Below are positions 49,518 to 61,503 of a stretch of DNA of 64,000 bases, piece after piece (position 1 is the stretch's first letter; every line of letters begins with the position of its first letter). Under the pieces are notes generated by a model. It did not search any database. It had not been told where the DNA came from and saw only the letters and a program-made list of their open reading frames with translations. The stretch lies in contig CP075492.1 in NCBI GenBank assembly GCA_021613535.1, positions 15,066,001 through 15,130,000 of the forward strand. The letters run 5' to 3'. The translations under genes and the position numbers were made by a program. Source of the stretch: Adineta vaga (lineage: Eukaryota > Animalia > Rotifera).

Positions 49518-52500
49518 ATGAAACGTGATTTTATCCTTGTTTGGCTGGATGAAACTATCGACGAAACGGATGAGACATTGATTAAATTTCGAGGTATAAC
49601 AAATACTGTCAAAGCAATTAACGATATCGATGTTTGTGTTCAATTTGTTCGTAATAGTGAACTGTATCGAATTGTTCTCATTATATCAGGTAGTTTCGTT
49701 CAAAAAGGAATACCTCTTCTGCATGACCTTCAACAAGTTTATGAAATTTATATATTGGCAAAGAAGAAAGAACTATATACAGAATTAATGAAACAATGGT
49801 CGAAAGTCAAGGATATTTACGTCGATAATAATTCACTCTACGAAGCATTATATCAAAATTATATGGAATGGGTTGGAAATCCTGTCGCCATACACATCTT
49901 CAATGCAAATACAAAAATTAAATTCTATCAATTATTAAAAGATATCTTATTAACAATTGATTACAGTCCAAGACATTTTCATCAATTACAAACCGAAAAT
50001 TCCACCGAAACTTATCTTTCCCAAATGTCAATTTGGTTGTATATTAACAATCGACTTCATACTCCATTACTTTGTCAAGCATTATATTCGATGAATATTG
50101 AAATGATAGTAAAAGTTGCTTGTTTTATTCGTGATCTTCATCAACAAATCGTTGAACTTCATTCGAAACAATTTGGAAAACATCAACAAAATTTTACTAC
50201 TTATTTCGGACATGTTCTATCTAAAAATGAATTCAATCAATTAAAAGCAACAAAAGATGGTTTAATTTCATTTCAAACTTTTCTTCTAACAAATCAAACT
50301 CGTCAAATATCTCTCGATTTCGCTCGGCGATATAAGCAAAAGGATGATCATATTGGAATTCTCTTTGCCATACGCATCAATTCATCCATTCAATCAATTC
50401 CATTTGCAAATATTAGTCACGTTAGTTCGACTTCATCTCGAGATCACATTCTATTCTCGCTGTTTTCTACATTTCGTATTCAAAAAATCAAACGATTGGA
50501 AAACAACGATCGACTTTGGCACGTTGATTTGATACCAATCGAAAAAGAAGAAGTTTTATTTTCTGATAAAAATGGTATCAATCGATTAGCATCATTACTT
50601 GCTGAAATTATTCAAACAGACGAAGGGCAAAAACTATTTGACGTTTTATTTGAACAAACCTTTAATGACGATGAGAAAATAACGCTTTATTATCAACTTG
50701 GATCCATTCGAATGAAAGAAAACAAGTATACCGAAGTCATTCAATTCTATGAAAAATCCATTAAAATTCTTCCGAAAAATTCTCTGAAATTAGCCAATTC
50801 ATATAAAAGAATTGGGTTCGTATATCACCATATAAACAATTATACTAAAGCGCTTTATTATGCTGAAAAATCACTTAAAATCTTACAAAACATACCTTCA
50901 GTAGATGATGAAGCTCTTGTTGTTGCGTACAATTTTATCAGTGTCAACCATGCATGTTTAGATAATTATTCGCAAGCAATTGAATCTTTAGAAAAATTAC
51001 TGGAAATTATTAGAAAAATCTATCAACCTAGTCACCCATCGTTTATTCTAACTTGGTTCAATATCGGACGAATGTACGGTTATTTAGGTGAATATGATAA
51101 AGCAATTTTGTATCATGCAGCAGCACTTGAACATCAACAAGATAAATCCTTTTCAGTATTGCCCAATAGAATATTATTATGTACAAACCTCGCTGAATTG
51201 TGTGAGAAAACAGGGAGAGTGGCATATACAATTGTATATAATAAAGCATTATTGGAATTCTTACAAGAATTTCGTCCTGTAAATTGTCATGATCTGATTC
51301 GTGTCTATGAGAAACTCGTTGGTTTATACGAACAACTTTATTTACCAGCACATGCATTTCTTTATTACGAAAAAATATTCAATTTAAAGAAAATGATTCT
51401 TTCACCTAATGATATCGATTTAGCTGTTTGTCAAATCTCAATAGCGCAGACATTGATCAAAATGAAGCAGTACAAAAAAGCATTATCTTATGCGCAAAAT
51501 GCCATGGAGATCTATGAAAAAATGAAGGCATCAAATATAAGAAAATTAATTGATATTTACAATCTTATTGGTGTTATTTATGCACTAGATGATAATCATT
51601 CAACTGCTGTTTCCTTTTTCGAAAAAGCTCTGAAGATCCAAGAAAGAATTCTTTCTCCAATGAATAATACTCTAATTCATTCCTATGATAATTTATTTAC
51701 TTCATATCTTGCAATGGATCAAATAGAGAAAGCAACTTTCTATTTCGAAAAATCAATTGACTTAAACAGAGAAATTGACCCATACGATTGTTTCAGTCTG
51801 ATTGCTGACTTCGTTTCCATAGGAAGACTCCTTATACAAATAAAAGACTATGAAAAAGCGCTAGTACATTTAAAAGACGCAATAACAGTTATCGAAGGAG
51901 CAGAATATTTCGATCATCCTGATTGTATTGAAGCTTATAATATTATTAGTAAAGCTTATTACGAAACAGGTGATTATCCAAATGCATTAAAATATCAAGA
52001 AAAAAATCATGAATCTGTTATCAATCTTTCTCCGCCAGATTACGAAAGTTTGATATCTTCCTATGATGACATGGGAGGAATATATGGGAAATTAAATGAA
52101 AATGAGAAAGCAATTTCATTTTATAAAAAAGCAATTGAAATTAAACAAGCAAATCCATCAGTAGATCAATCAGATTTACCACTTTTTCATATAAAAATTG
52201 GTGAATTATTGGAAAAAGATCAAGATTATGCCAACGTATTTATTGCCTATCAAAAAGGATTAGACCTACTTCAAAATGATCTTTCTCCTGATCTTACATA
52301 TCTATTTTCATTCTTCGCAAAATTCGGTTCACTATATGAACAAATAGAAGATTTTACTAATGCACTCTTATGTTATAAAGAAGCATTAAATATGCAACTA
52401 AAACTTTTTACAGTAGATAATTCCGAATTACTAATTACGTATAAAAATATTGTTCGATTGTATGACAATATGAATCAACCATTACAAGTACTTCCATATT

Positions 52501-53609
52501 ATGAAAAAGCTATTAATCTTATTGAAACGATTGTTCCTGTTCAGCATGATAATTTGATGATTTTTTATTTAAAAATGGCAATGGCATTGCATACTCTTGA
52601 AGATTATGCGAAAGCTTTGATATTTTATGAGAAAAGTTTCAAAATTCAACGAAAATATTTTCGAACAGATACTTTGCATTTAACAAAATGTTATACGAAC
52701 ATAGCAAGAATTCATTATAATATGGGGGATTATGTCAAAGCACTTACACGGTATAAAGATGTTATCGCAATTAATGAAAGATATCCTCCTTCAAATGATT
52801 TAGATTTAGCGAATTCTTTTAATAATATTGCTACTGTACATGAAGCAATTGGAAAATACCCTCAAGCATTTTCGAATTATCAAAAAGCAATAGATATTAA
52901 TCGAAAAGCTATTCCATGTGATCTATTAAATCTAGCAACGATTTATAATAATATTGGTTTATTAAGTAATAAAATGGGAGAATATTCGCAAGCATATTCA
53001 TATTATCAACAAGCAATTGAAATAAGAGAAAAAAATCTTCCTACATTAGATGTGGATTTGGCAAATTCATATACAGGTTTTGGTGTAGTATTGACCAATA
53101 TGAATGAATATGAAACAGCAATTTTATATCATGAAGAAGCATTGAGAATTTTAGAATCAATTCTTCCATCGACGCATCAGTATTTAGCTATTACTTACAA
53201 TAATCTCGGTGTAACATATAAGAAAATGGGTGAATATACAAAGGCACTTTATTATTATGAAAAAGATTTGGAAATTTTAAAGGCAAATCTTTCTTCGAAT
53301 CATCCTGATTTAACAGTTTCATATAATAATCTTGGTGGAATTTATTTTAAAATGAAAAATTATCCACAAGCATTGACGTATCATAGAAAAGCATTAGAAA
53401 TTCGGCAGAAAATTTTTCATCCAAAACATCCGGCTTTAGCTCAATCTAAGAATAATCTTGGTTTAGTCCATGCTGCTATGAATAATGTTTCAAAAGCCAT
53501 GAGATTTCACAAATCTGCTTTAGAAATTGCTCAACGTTCATTATCAATAGATCATCCTGATCTTCTCATTTATAAAGAAAACATTAAACCAACAAAATTA
53601 AAATCATAA
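49518..53609 (+). CDS. Receiver-like domain + degenerate ART + long TPR array, intronless
   Basis: LVWLD...IVLIISG; ART motif positions read TYFGH, FLLTN and SRDHILF; about 20 or more 42-aa TPRs. Confidence 0.85.
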   Translation: MKRDFILVWLDETIDETDETLIKFRGITNTVKAINDIDVCVQFVRNSELYRIVLIISGSFVQKGIPLLHDLQQVYEIYILAKKKELYTELMKQWSKVKDIYVDNNSLYEALYQNYMEWVGNPVAIHIFNANTKIKFYQLLKDILLTIDYSPRHFHQLQTENSTETYLSQMSIWLYINNRLHTPLLCQALYSMNIEMIVKVACFIRDLHQQIVELHSKQFGKHQQNFTTYFGHVLSKNEFNQLKATKDGLISFQTFLLTNQTRQISLDFARRYKQKDDHIGILFAIRINSSIQSIPFANISHVSSTSSRDHILFSLFSTFRIQKIKRLENNDRLWHVDLIPIEKEEVLFSDKNGINRLASLLAEIIQTDEGQKLFDVLFEQTFNDDEKITLYYQLGSIRMKENKYTEVIQFYEKSIKILPKNSLKLANSYKRIGFVYHHINNYTKALYYAEKSLKILQNIPSVDDEALVVAYNFISVNHACLDNYSQAIESLEKLLEIIRKIYQPSHPSFILTWFNIGRMYGYLGEYDKAILYHAAALEHQQDKSFSVLPNRILLCTNLAELCEKTGRVAYTIVYNKALLEFLQEFRPVNCHDLIRVYEKLVGLYEQLYLPAHAFLYYEKIFNLKKMILSPNDIDLAVCQISIAQTLIKMKQYKKALSYAQNAMEIYEKMKASNIRKLIDIYNLIGVIYALDDNHSTAVSFFEKALKIQERILSPMNNTLIHSYDNLFTSYLAMDQIEKATFYFEKSIDLNREIDPYDCFSLIADFVSIGRLLIQIKDYEKALVHLKDAITVIEGAEYFDHPDCIEAYNIISKAYYETGDYPNALKYQEKNHESVINLSPPDYESLISSYDDMGGIYGKLNENEKAISFYKKAIEIKQANPSVDQSDLPLFHIKIGELLEKDQDYANVFIAYQKGLDLLQNDLSPDLTYLFSFFAKFGSLYEQIEDFTNALLCYKEALNMQLKLFTVDNSELLITYKNIVRLYDNMNQPLQVLPYYEKAINLIETIVPVQHDNLMIFYLKMAMALHTLEDYAKALIFYEKSFKIQRKYFRTDTLHLTKCYTNIARIHYNMGDYVKALTRYKDVIAINERYPPSNDLDLANSFNNIATVHEAIGKYPQAFSNYQKAIDINRKAIPCDLLNLATIYNNIGLLSNKMGEYSQAYSYYQQAIEIREKNLPTLDVDLANSYTGFGVVLTNMNEYETAILYHEEALRILESILPSTHQYLAITYNNLGVTYKKMGEYTKALYYYEKDLEILKANLSSNHPDLTVSYNNLGGIYFKMKNYPQALTYHRKALEIRQKIFHPKHPALAQSKNNLGLVHAAMNNVSKAMRFHKSALEIAQRSLSIDHPDLLIYKENIKPTKLKS

Positions 53610-53966
53610 TTTTTTTGTTTGAAATAAATTAACTGAATATATGAGAGTAAAGAAAACTCAGCTGTATATCGTATGATTATTTTGTTGGATCTATTTTAAC
53701 TGCGATATTCATTGTGACAAAGAATAAAACGTTTTGAAAAACAGATAAGAACGATTCATCCACAAACTCTTCCACACCCATTCTTTCTTCCTTACGAACA
53801 AAATTTTCATGTTATCATCGCACACTTTCAATGTGTGCACTCTTTCGTTCGTTTGTTCTTTGATAACATTTAAAGAACGGTACGTGCGTACTGTCGTTAT
53901 ATAAACTTTTACTTTCAACATCTTTTAAATTGAATATATATCTATTCGTCCTATTTGGATCCGACG

Positions 53967-55239
53967 ATGATGAGTCACCTTGGAAAAAATTATTCGATGT
54001 CACCGTCTCTCACTGATCTTGTGACTGATATGTGGCATACAGTTAAATGGTATTATGCACCAGATATGTGGCATGATTATGTATTTCCTGAATCGTTTAT
54101 TGATGAATTTGTTGCGCATTACTATTTTGCATCTCAAGAACTCTATTATGTAATATATATTGCCGTTTTTCTTACGTTGATTCGCCCTCTATTCGAACGA
54201 ATTCTATGCAAGGTTTGCTATTTTAAATAATTTAAATGAGAAAAGACATTCTTTTTCTTTTAGCCTTTGGTCAATTGGTTAGAATTAACTTCTGAAAATA
54301 AGAAGAAATTTCCTGAATCAGCATGGAAATTTTTTTGGAGTGCATGCACATGGTTCTATTGTGCATATTTGCTTTCCTATCGTTACAACTATTACCAGGA
54401 ACCTTATCTCATATGGGATGGTGAATAAAATCTTTTCCTGCATTATATTCAATAATTCATTAAAAAAAACTTTTAGATTGGTCATCCGGTATGAAAGTTC
54501 CAAATGACATTAAAATAATGTATTTTGGCCGATGTGCTTATGCTCTACATTCCTTTTATGCTATATTCTTTGTAGAGAGTAAGCGTAAAGACTTCTATGC
54601 AATATTCGTTCATCACATACTGACTATGATGCTTATTCTTGTCTCTTATGCCATTCGGTAAGAATAAAGTATCTCCATTTGTTTTTTCGAATCTTTGTTT
54701 CTCTCGTCTAGGTATCATAAGATTGGATTGCTCGTTCTCTTCGTGCTCGATATAGCCGATGTATTACTTGAATTGACGAAATTATTACATTATTTGAGTT
54801 CACGTCAAGGTGGTAAAAAATATCCTCAATTTGAAAATGCTGCTAATGGTACTTTTATTCTATTTGCTCTCTGCTGGTATTTTAAAGTTATACTGTGATT
54901 CAATTGTTTTTAAATACATGTACGATCTATTTAGGTTTGTGTTTCGTCTTTATTTATATCCATTGAAAATATTGTATTCAACGAGTGTTGTCTTTCCCTA
55001 TCGAACATATGAGAAAGGCTGTAATTTGTATGGATTTTTTAATTTACAATTATGGATATTACTCGTGCTCAATGTTTATTGGGTTATTGTAAGTGCTTTT
55101 ACACTCTTCCGAAATATACTTGTTGCTCTATGTTTATATTTAGTTTCTTGTTCAATTCCTTTACAAACTTGCGACCGGTGCCTTGTCAAGCTTACAAGAT
55201 ATTCGCGAACATGAATCTAATGCTGCAAAACAGTCATAA
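53967..55239 (+). CDS. Ceramide synthase (TLC/Lag1 domain, CerS1-like, no homeodomain), 6 exons
   Basis: KKFPESAWK, RKDFYAIFVHHILT, IGLLVLFVLDIADVLLELTK, FRLYLYP, LNVYW, QDIRE; TAA 55237-55239. Confidence 0.9.
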
Positions 55240-55989
55240 ATTGTATTTCTCGTAAGTTTCATAATCGAACAATCTTCTTTGATGAATACCAATAATGACA
55301 CCGATTGTATCATCTTTGAAACTAACTTATATATATTTGTTAATAGATTTACGCAAATCAACATCGAAAATCGTGTAACTGACTTTTATTCTCCAATCGA
55401 CAATTTTTCACGTTCATCTTGATGGCATTACTTACTGATATGAATGATAGAATATTTTATATTTCTTGAAATAGTAACAATAAAATAATGTCATCGGTTA
55501 TCCTTTAAACTTTTAGACACGTCCGTTTTTGAATAGTCAATGTTTATTTGAACTATATCCTTAGTTTAGCATTTCTTGATACTAGAGAGTGTGGATAACA
55601 TATTCACACATCAATCGCACTCAAACCCTCAAGTAAACTCTGTCATGTCTGTTCTTGTCAGCTAAATGAATGTATTGATACATATCACGTCAAATGACCG
55701 GCGAATGTTTTCGAAAACAAAACATGTTTGTAAATATTACTGATGAAAGAAAATAGTGGTAGTCATTTTTGCTGTTCTGTTAATGTACACCTACATCTGT
55801 AAATTTTTTGTTTTAAATTACGCACTTCTATCATTTTCTTAGTTGCGTATGCCGTGTTGCTGAGAATTCTGGTTAAAATCCAATGAATGCTTTGCGTACC
55901 TGAGTGCATTGGATATATTTCATTCATTTGATCAATTAAACAATCGTTTGAATAGATTAATTCGAAATAGTCCATTTACATTTAAATTC

Positions 55990-56780
55990 TGAAGATGTTC
56001 GAAAAGCAATCTTCGATCCTTATTATTGGTTGATCCTGAAGGAAATAATAGAATAGTATTGACATCAATATTACCATTCCTATCTCAATTACGGTTTTCA
56101 TTTAAGCAGCTTTAACAATAAATTCAACAAAGCACAATGTGCTCTACCAGTATCTGAGTTACGAACTTTATCATAGTACCGAAACTATGGCATTTGATTT
56201 TACATCTACGAACCAAATTTCTTCATATTGGAATATTACATTTATACGAACAGATGAACAATATTTCGTCGATAACCAATGACAATTCTGTTGCTGTTCA
56301 TTTAAAAAAAATTAATTATAGATGATTTTCAGGATCAATTCGAATGCATGGAAATATTTGATTGGAACTTCATTACCTTATCTAAAGAATTTCATGTGTA
56401 AATTCGACATTTATCATGGAGGACAAAAGAACATAACGAAATTATTGATATGTTCAAACAATTTCAAACTGATTTTATTCTGCCCTTATTTTTACAATAC
56501 CTTGTTGTTTTAATAACTATGATTTAGTATGGTATACGGATAATTATTCCAATAGATCGGTAAATCATTTCAATGTACATGAGAAAGTAACAAACTTAAA
56601 ACTGTATGATAGTTTATCGATCAATAAATATCCATATTATTTTTCAAATGTCACAGAACTATTTATAATGGGTCAACCATGGCCTCTCAATGACCGTTTG
56701 TTCAACAATGGAAAGCTAGATTATCTTATAGGAAAGGTTAATTTATCAAATACTAAAAGAATCACCACAATTATCTGAAA
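55990..56780 (+). pseudogene. Highly decayed F-box/LRR-family remnant
   Basis: INSNAWKYLIGTSLPYLKNFMCKFDI resembles the W...I...LP.L..F.F segment of the other F-box relics; many breaks. Confidence 0.4.
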
Positions 56781-57743
56781 TGACTGTGAGGACTGATCTT
56801 ATTCGATCATTTCTCCAACAAAGTGATCAAAAGATTACAGCTAAAACAATCATAATGGTTTTCATCAGATGGAAAACTCTTCTTGTGGCTTTGGTTGTAT
56901 GCTTTCGGAAAGTTCTTGGGAATTTTGCGTATCGTTAATAGATCATATTGCACAATTTTCGGTCATAAATATATGCAATTTATCGCCTAGATCGATTCAT
57001 CATCAAACGTTTTTTACTCAATTGTAAGATGGAGCTTCAAAACGAAATTTTATATATATATCGACTTATACCTCCTGATGTAGATAAGAGTCAAAATGTT
57101 TGCACACAATTAAAAATATAGATTGATGAAAAGACAATTTGATTTTATGTTCCCTTTTGTTTAATTATAGATCTTGAGGATATGCGCTATCAGTGGAATG
57201 TCGTCACCCATAAACTTTGAGATACTTCTAGCTGTCCTACATGAATGAAGTTATAGCGCTAAATTTAATTCATGTCGACTGCGATCCATCTGTAGCAATC
57301 TATTTCAGAAGTTTGACTTCTATTTGAAACATAAATCGATGAGATCTATTCACCAGCACCAGTAGATTCCTTAGTATTCATATTATAGTTGCCAGACTTC
57401 AAGTATTTCAACATAAGATAGTTATAATTATGCACGTGACTAATATAAAAATAATCGCTAGTCTGGTTTTGATCATGGTACTGTGAACTTGTTGTTAATG
57501 GGATGTTTTATAACGAATTTCAAAAATATTGTTTTATTTCTTGCTTACTGCGAACAAGAACAGAACCTAGCTGATCATTATGTTTCAGTCAAAGCAGGTG
57601 AACAGATTGAATTAAATGAAAGTAAAGTTAAACAGTTTCTTCAGCCTGAACAACATCTTATTCAAACTTTTTGAAAAGCTGATATTCATTTTTTAACTGA
57701 AATATTTTTCTTTTGATGTCTTTAAAATCATAAAAATAAACCA

Positions 57744-58209
57744 ATAATGAAAACTGAACTGTCTTGGTGTCATAAATTGACGAACAATATCCATTGTAAC
57801 TTCTTTTCGTCGTTCTTGATGTTTAGTGAATAAGGTTTGTACAACTTCGATTAAAATCGTTTTCAATTCACCGGTTAATAATTTTTCCGATGTGTAATCC
57901 TTGAAATTAAACGAATCATAATTTAAGTTTTTGAAAACGAAAATAAAAGAATTTTACTTGACGAATTTGTTCAAGTCTTTCCTCATCATCCATAAAATAT
58001 CGAAGATATTGATATGAAACATCAACTTCACAATCACCACCTTTAACCCGATGTTCTTCAACTGTGTCCTTACCACCATTGAATGCATGTATTACTTTGC
58101 CTGTGATTTGTTCTGGTGTATCAGTAAGAAAAATAGCTGAATTCGCATCTGATGCAGACATTTTAGATTTTGCACCTTGAAGTGCTGGAAAAAAAGTCGA
58201 ATGTATCAA
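57744..58209 (-). pseudogene. WARS1: 3' fragment of cytoplasmic tryptophanyl-tRNA synthetase
   Basis: [20 protein letters not shown]...AIFLTD...HAFNGG...DVSYQYL, an intron near 57956-57900, then [12 protein letters not shown]...HQERRK...FMTPR. No upstream exons. Confidence 0.9.
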
Positions 58210-59475
58210 TGTACTGGTGGTGAATTCAATGCTTTATACAGTACACCACGTGCTGCATTTCTTCGTCGAGTATTAAATTATGGTATTAATCAAGCTGATA
58301 TTTGTTCGAAATGTCATGCAAAAGCGGCTTTCTTAGCTGTATCAGCTGCAATGACATATGATTTTACTAGTGACGAAGCTATTAGTACTGATGAGCAATT
58401 TGTCGAAGATGACGATCAATATGGAAATAATCAAGAAGGTGATGGTTCAAGATATCGACGACGAGGTTTCTTTGGTCTTCGAGGAAAAGAAATGTATAAA
58501 CGATTACGAAACTTAATGCCTCAATATGATAGTATCAATCGGCCAGAATCAGTAGCTATCGTCGAAAATAGTATGTCAATTATTGCACAACAATGGAATA
58601 ATCCAAATTTACTAGATACAATGAATAATTCTCACTCTGATTTTATCGAAACATCATTAACACAATATGCTGATGGAACATTTTATGGATTTTCTATGTT
58701 ATGGTTAGTATTCCTCGGATGTATCTCTTTTCATTTTGAAACTTGCTTTGTTTCTCTATGTTTCTAAAGGTATAAACTCGGTGGTGATCTATCTCAATTA
58801 ACAGATGGTATTCAACATTATATAAAATTTCTTCGAGTAATGAAATGTGATGGTAGTTTACATCAAAATCAAGGATCCACATGTCGATACAATGCTACAC
58901 ATAATGGTATTTGTACACCTAGCTGTATTGAAAGTATTGGTGATTTTGGCGAATATTGTGGTTGTTATGGTGAGCAAGGAGAACAATGTCCAAATAGCCC
59001 TGCACATATTTGATGTTGCTTCGATATACATTCAGAACCAATTGTGATTACACCAAATGTAACTGTTCCTGGTGAAATTAGTAAAGATAAATATCTGTTT
59101 TTAAAAATCAAAATCAAAACTGTTGGTAACAAGATATTGATTACTGTAAAATTATCGTATGGAAATGTGAAATTATTCTTTTCTTTTACCAATCGTAATC
59201 CAATAGGTACCGATAAATCCGAAATAGGATATCAACGAAAAGGTCAAGATAATAAAGAAGTCAACTTATTAATTGATTTACCACAGACAAAACCCGACTT
59301 CGTATTCATTGGTGTCCAAGGTATTGAACAAGATAACAAATTTCAAATGAAATATGATGATTGTGACCATGTAAATTGTAATCTAAATGATGCATCATCA
59401 TCATGTAATATAAAACTAAACATCATTTCATTTTTTGTATTATTAATTTTATTATATTTCAACTCTATTCTATAA
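58207..59475 (+). pseudogene. 5'-truncated GH19 (chitinase/lysozyme)-like protein with Cys-rich region and C-terminal GPI/TM signal
   Basis: AAFLA...YGNNQEGDGSRYRRRGFFGLRGKEMY...RPESVA. Intron near 58703-58769; in-frame TGA at 59011-59013; hydrophobic C-terminus. Confidence 0.65.
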
Positions 59476-61503
59476 TCTTTTTTTACAATTTTCTATATTT
59501 TCTTCTGTAGTTTTCATATCAGGATGATCGATCGGTAAAATGTGTTTGCGAATCTCTAATGTGCGTTGAAAATAGTCGAGTGCTTTTGAATAATCTTTTG
59601 TATGTACATAAACATAAGCCATGTTATTATAGAAACTAGCCAAATTGGGATGATTTGATGGAAGAGTTTTTTCTAGAATTCCACTTGCTTTTTGATAGAA
59701 TGCAAGTGCTTTGAAATAATCATCCGTAGAATAATATACCATAGCAATATTATTATACGATGTGGCTAATGATGAATGATCGGAAGGTAACGATTTTAGT
59801 TGAATTTCCAATGCTTTTTGATGAAATACAAGTGATTTAGAATAATCTTTCATGTTTTGATATGTCAAACCTATATTATTGTAAATGTTGCCTAATAAGG
59901 AATGATCGGAAGGAAGAGTTTTTTGGTAAACATGAAGTCCTTTTTCAAACGAAGCAAGTGCTTTGGTATATTCACCCATATTTTGATATAGCAGACCGAT
60001 ATTATTGTAAGAAATACCTAAATCAGGATGATTTGAAGGAAGATTTTTTTCTTTGATTTCTAATGCTTTTTGATGAAATGAAAATGCTTTTGAATATTCT
60101 CCCATAGATTGATACACTAAACCAATATTACTGTACGAAGTAGCTAATAATTCATGATTTGACGAAGAAGATTTTTGACAAATTTCCAAAGTTTTCTCGA
60201 ACAATTCTAAAGCTTTCGAATATTCTCCTAACTTTTCATATATCATACCAATATTATTATATGAAGTAGCTAATTCAGGATGATCAGAAACAAGAATTTC
60301 TTTTCTAATTTCTAATGCTTTTTCATTGAATATAAATGCTTTTGAATAATCTTCTAAACTACAATAAACCATACCGATATTACAATAGGTATTCGCCAAT
60401 TCTTGACGACTTATTGGAACATTTTTCTGCCAAAGTTCAACGGATTGTTCATAATAGGATATAGCTGTTCGATAATCACCTTGATTATCTTTGATATATC
60501 CAAGTTGATTATAATAACAAGCTGTTTCATATTCATTTGATGTTTGTTCAAGTAAGATTTTATAAAATTCTTCTGCTTTATTGAACTGACTTAATTTAAA
60601 TAACATACGACCTAATCGTTCCCATTGATTAACATGAGAACTTTCTTCTTGTATACATTTGACTAGTGTGATAAGCTGAGAATCATCATTATCAATGGAT
60701 TTTATTTGTACTTGATAAAGTAAATTATTATTATCTATTTTTTGAATGGTTTCGATACGAAATATGGCATGCATTGAAAAGAGAAGTTCGCCTTCTGTTT
60801 GAGAATAACTCATCTCTTGAATGGAAGCAAATGGGGTTGATTTGAGAGATGGATCAATCGATATTTGAAAGAAAACACCAATGGTATTTGATTTTGTTAA
60901 AGCACTTTTAGCGAAATCGAGAGAAACTTTCGGATTTTTATTTGTAAGTAGACAATTATTGAACGATATGAATTGACCTTGTGTTTTTAATAGATTTTCA
61001 AGATTTTTAGTAGATATATGTTGGGCTTGAAGACATTAAACGATCTTTTGACAATTATCAATCTGTTGCTGATGTAATTGTTCAATTTGATGATGTAGGT
61101 CACGAATGAAGAAGCCCATTTTGATCAACGTTTTGGTTTCTAATGTTTGAACAGCTTGATCGAATAATTCAAATACGAAACATGGACGTGTATACCACCA
61201 GATTGATTTTTGTGATTGATAATCACGTTCAAATTCATTGATAAGATCTAATTCTACTTTATTCTTATTATAAATTTGACGACAATAAATGGTAAAATCT
61301 TTTATGACGTTTTCATTCGTTTTCATATCGATAACAACCTCTTTGTATAGTTTCGTGTATATAAACGACAGTTCCAATTGATCCAAATTCTGTTCGGAAC
61401 TTGGTTTACCTATGGCAACAAAATTTACACCATTTTGAGTACTAGGTTGCTTGGAGTCTATTAATGGAGAATGAACATTTTCTTTTGAGTTTTCACAACC
61501 CAT
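59470..61503 (-). pseudogene. ART-like + TPR protein with one in-frame TAA
   Basis: MGCENSK start, SIWWYTRPCF, TAA at 61038-61036, then the frame continues FNNCLLTN...EGELLFSMHAIFRI and about 9 TPRs. Confidence 0.8.

Noticed and set aside
59470-60500. 126-bp periodic repeats as a CRISPR array or satellite
   Set aside because: They are coding 42-aa TPR units.
21835-61038. Stop-codon reassignment or programmed readthrough explaining the in-frame stops
   Set aside because: The internal stops are of all three types (TAG 21835, TGA 46777 and 59011, TAA 61036), and they co-occur with frameshifts and truncations, so decay is the simpler explanation.
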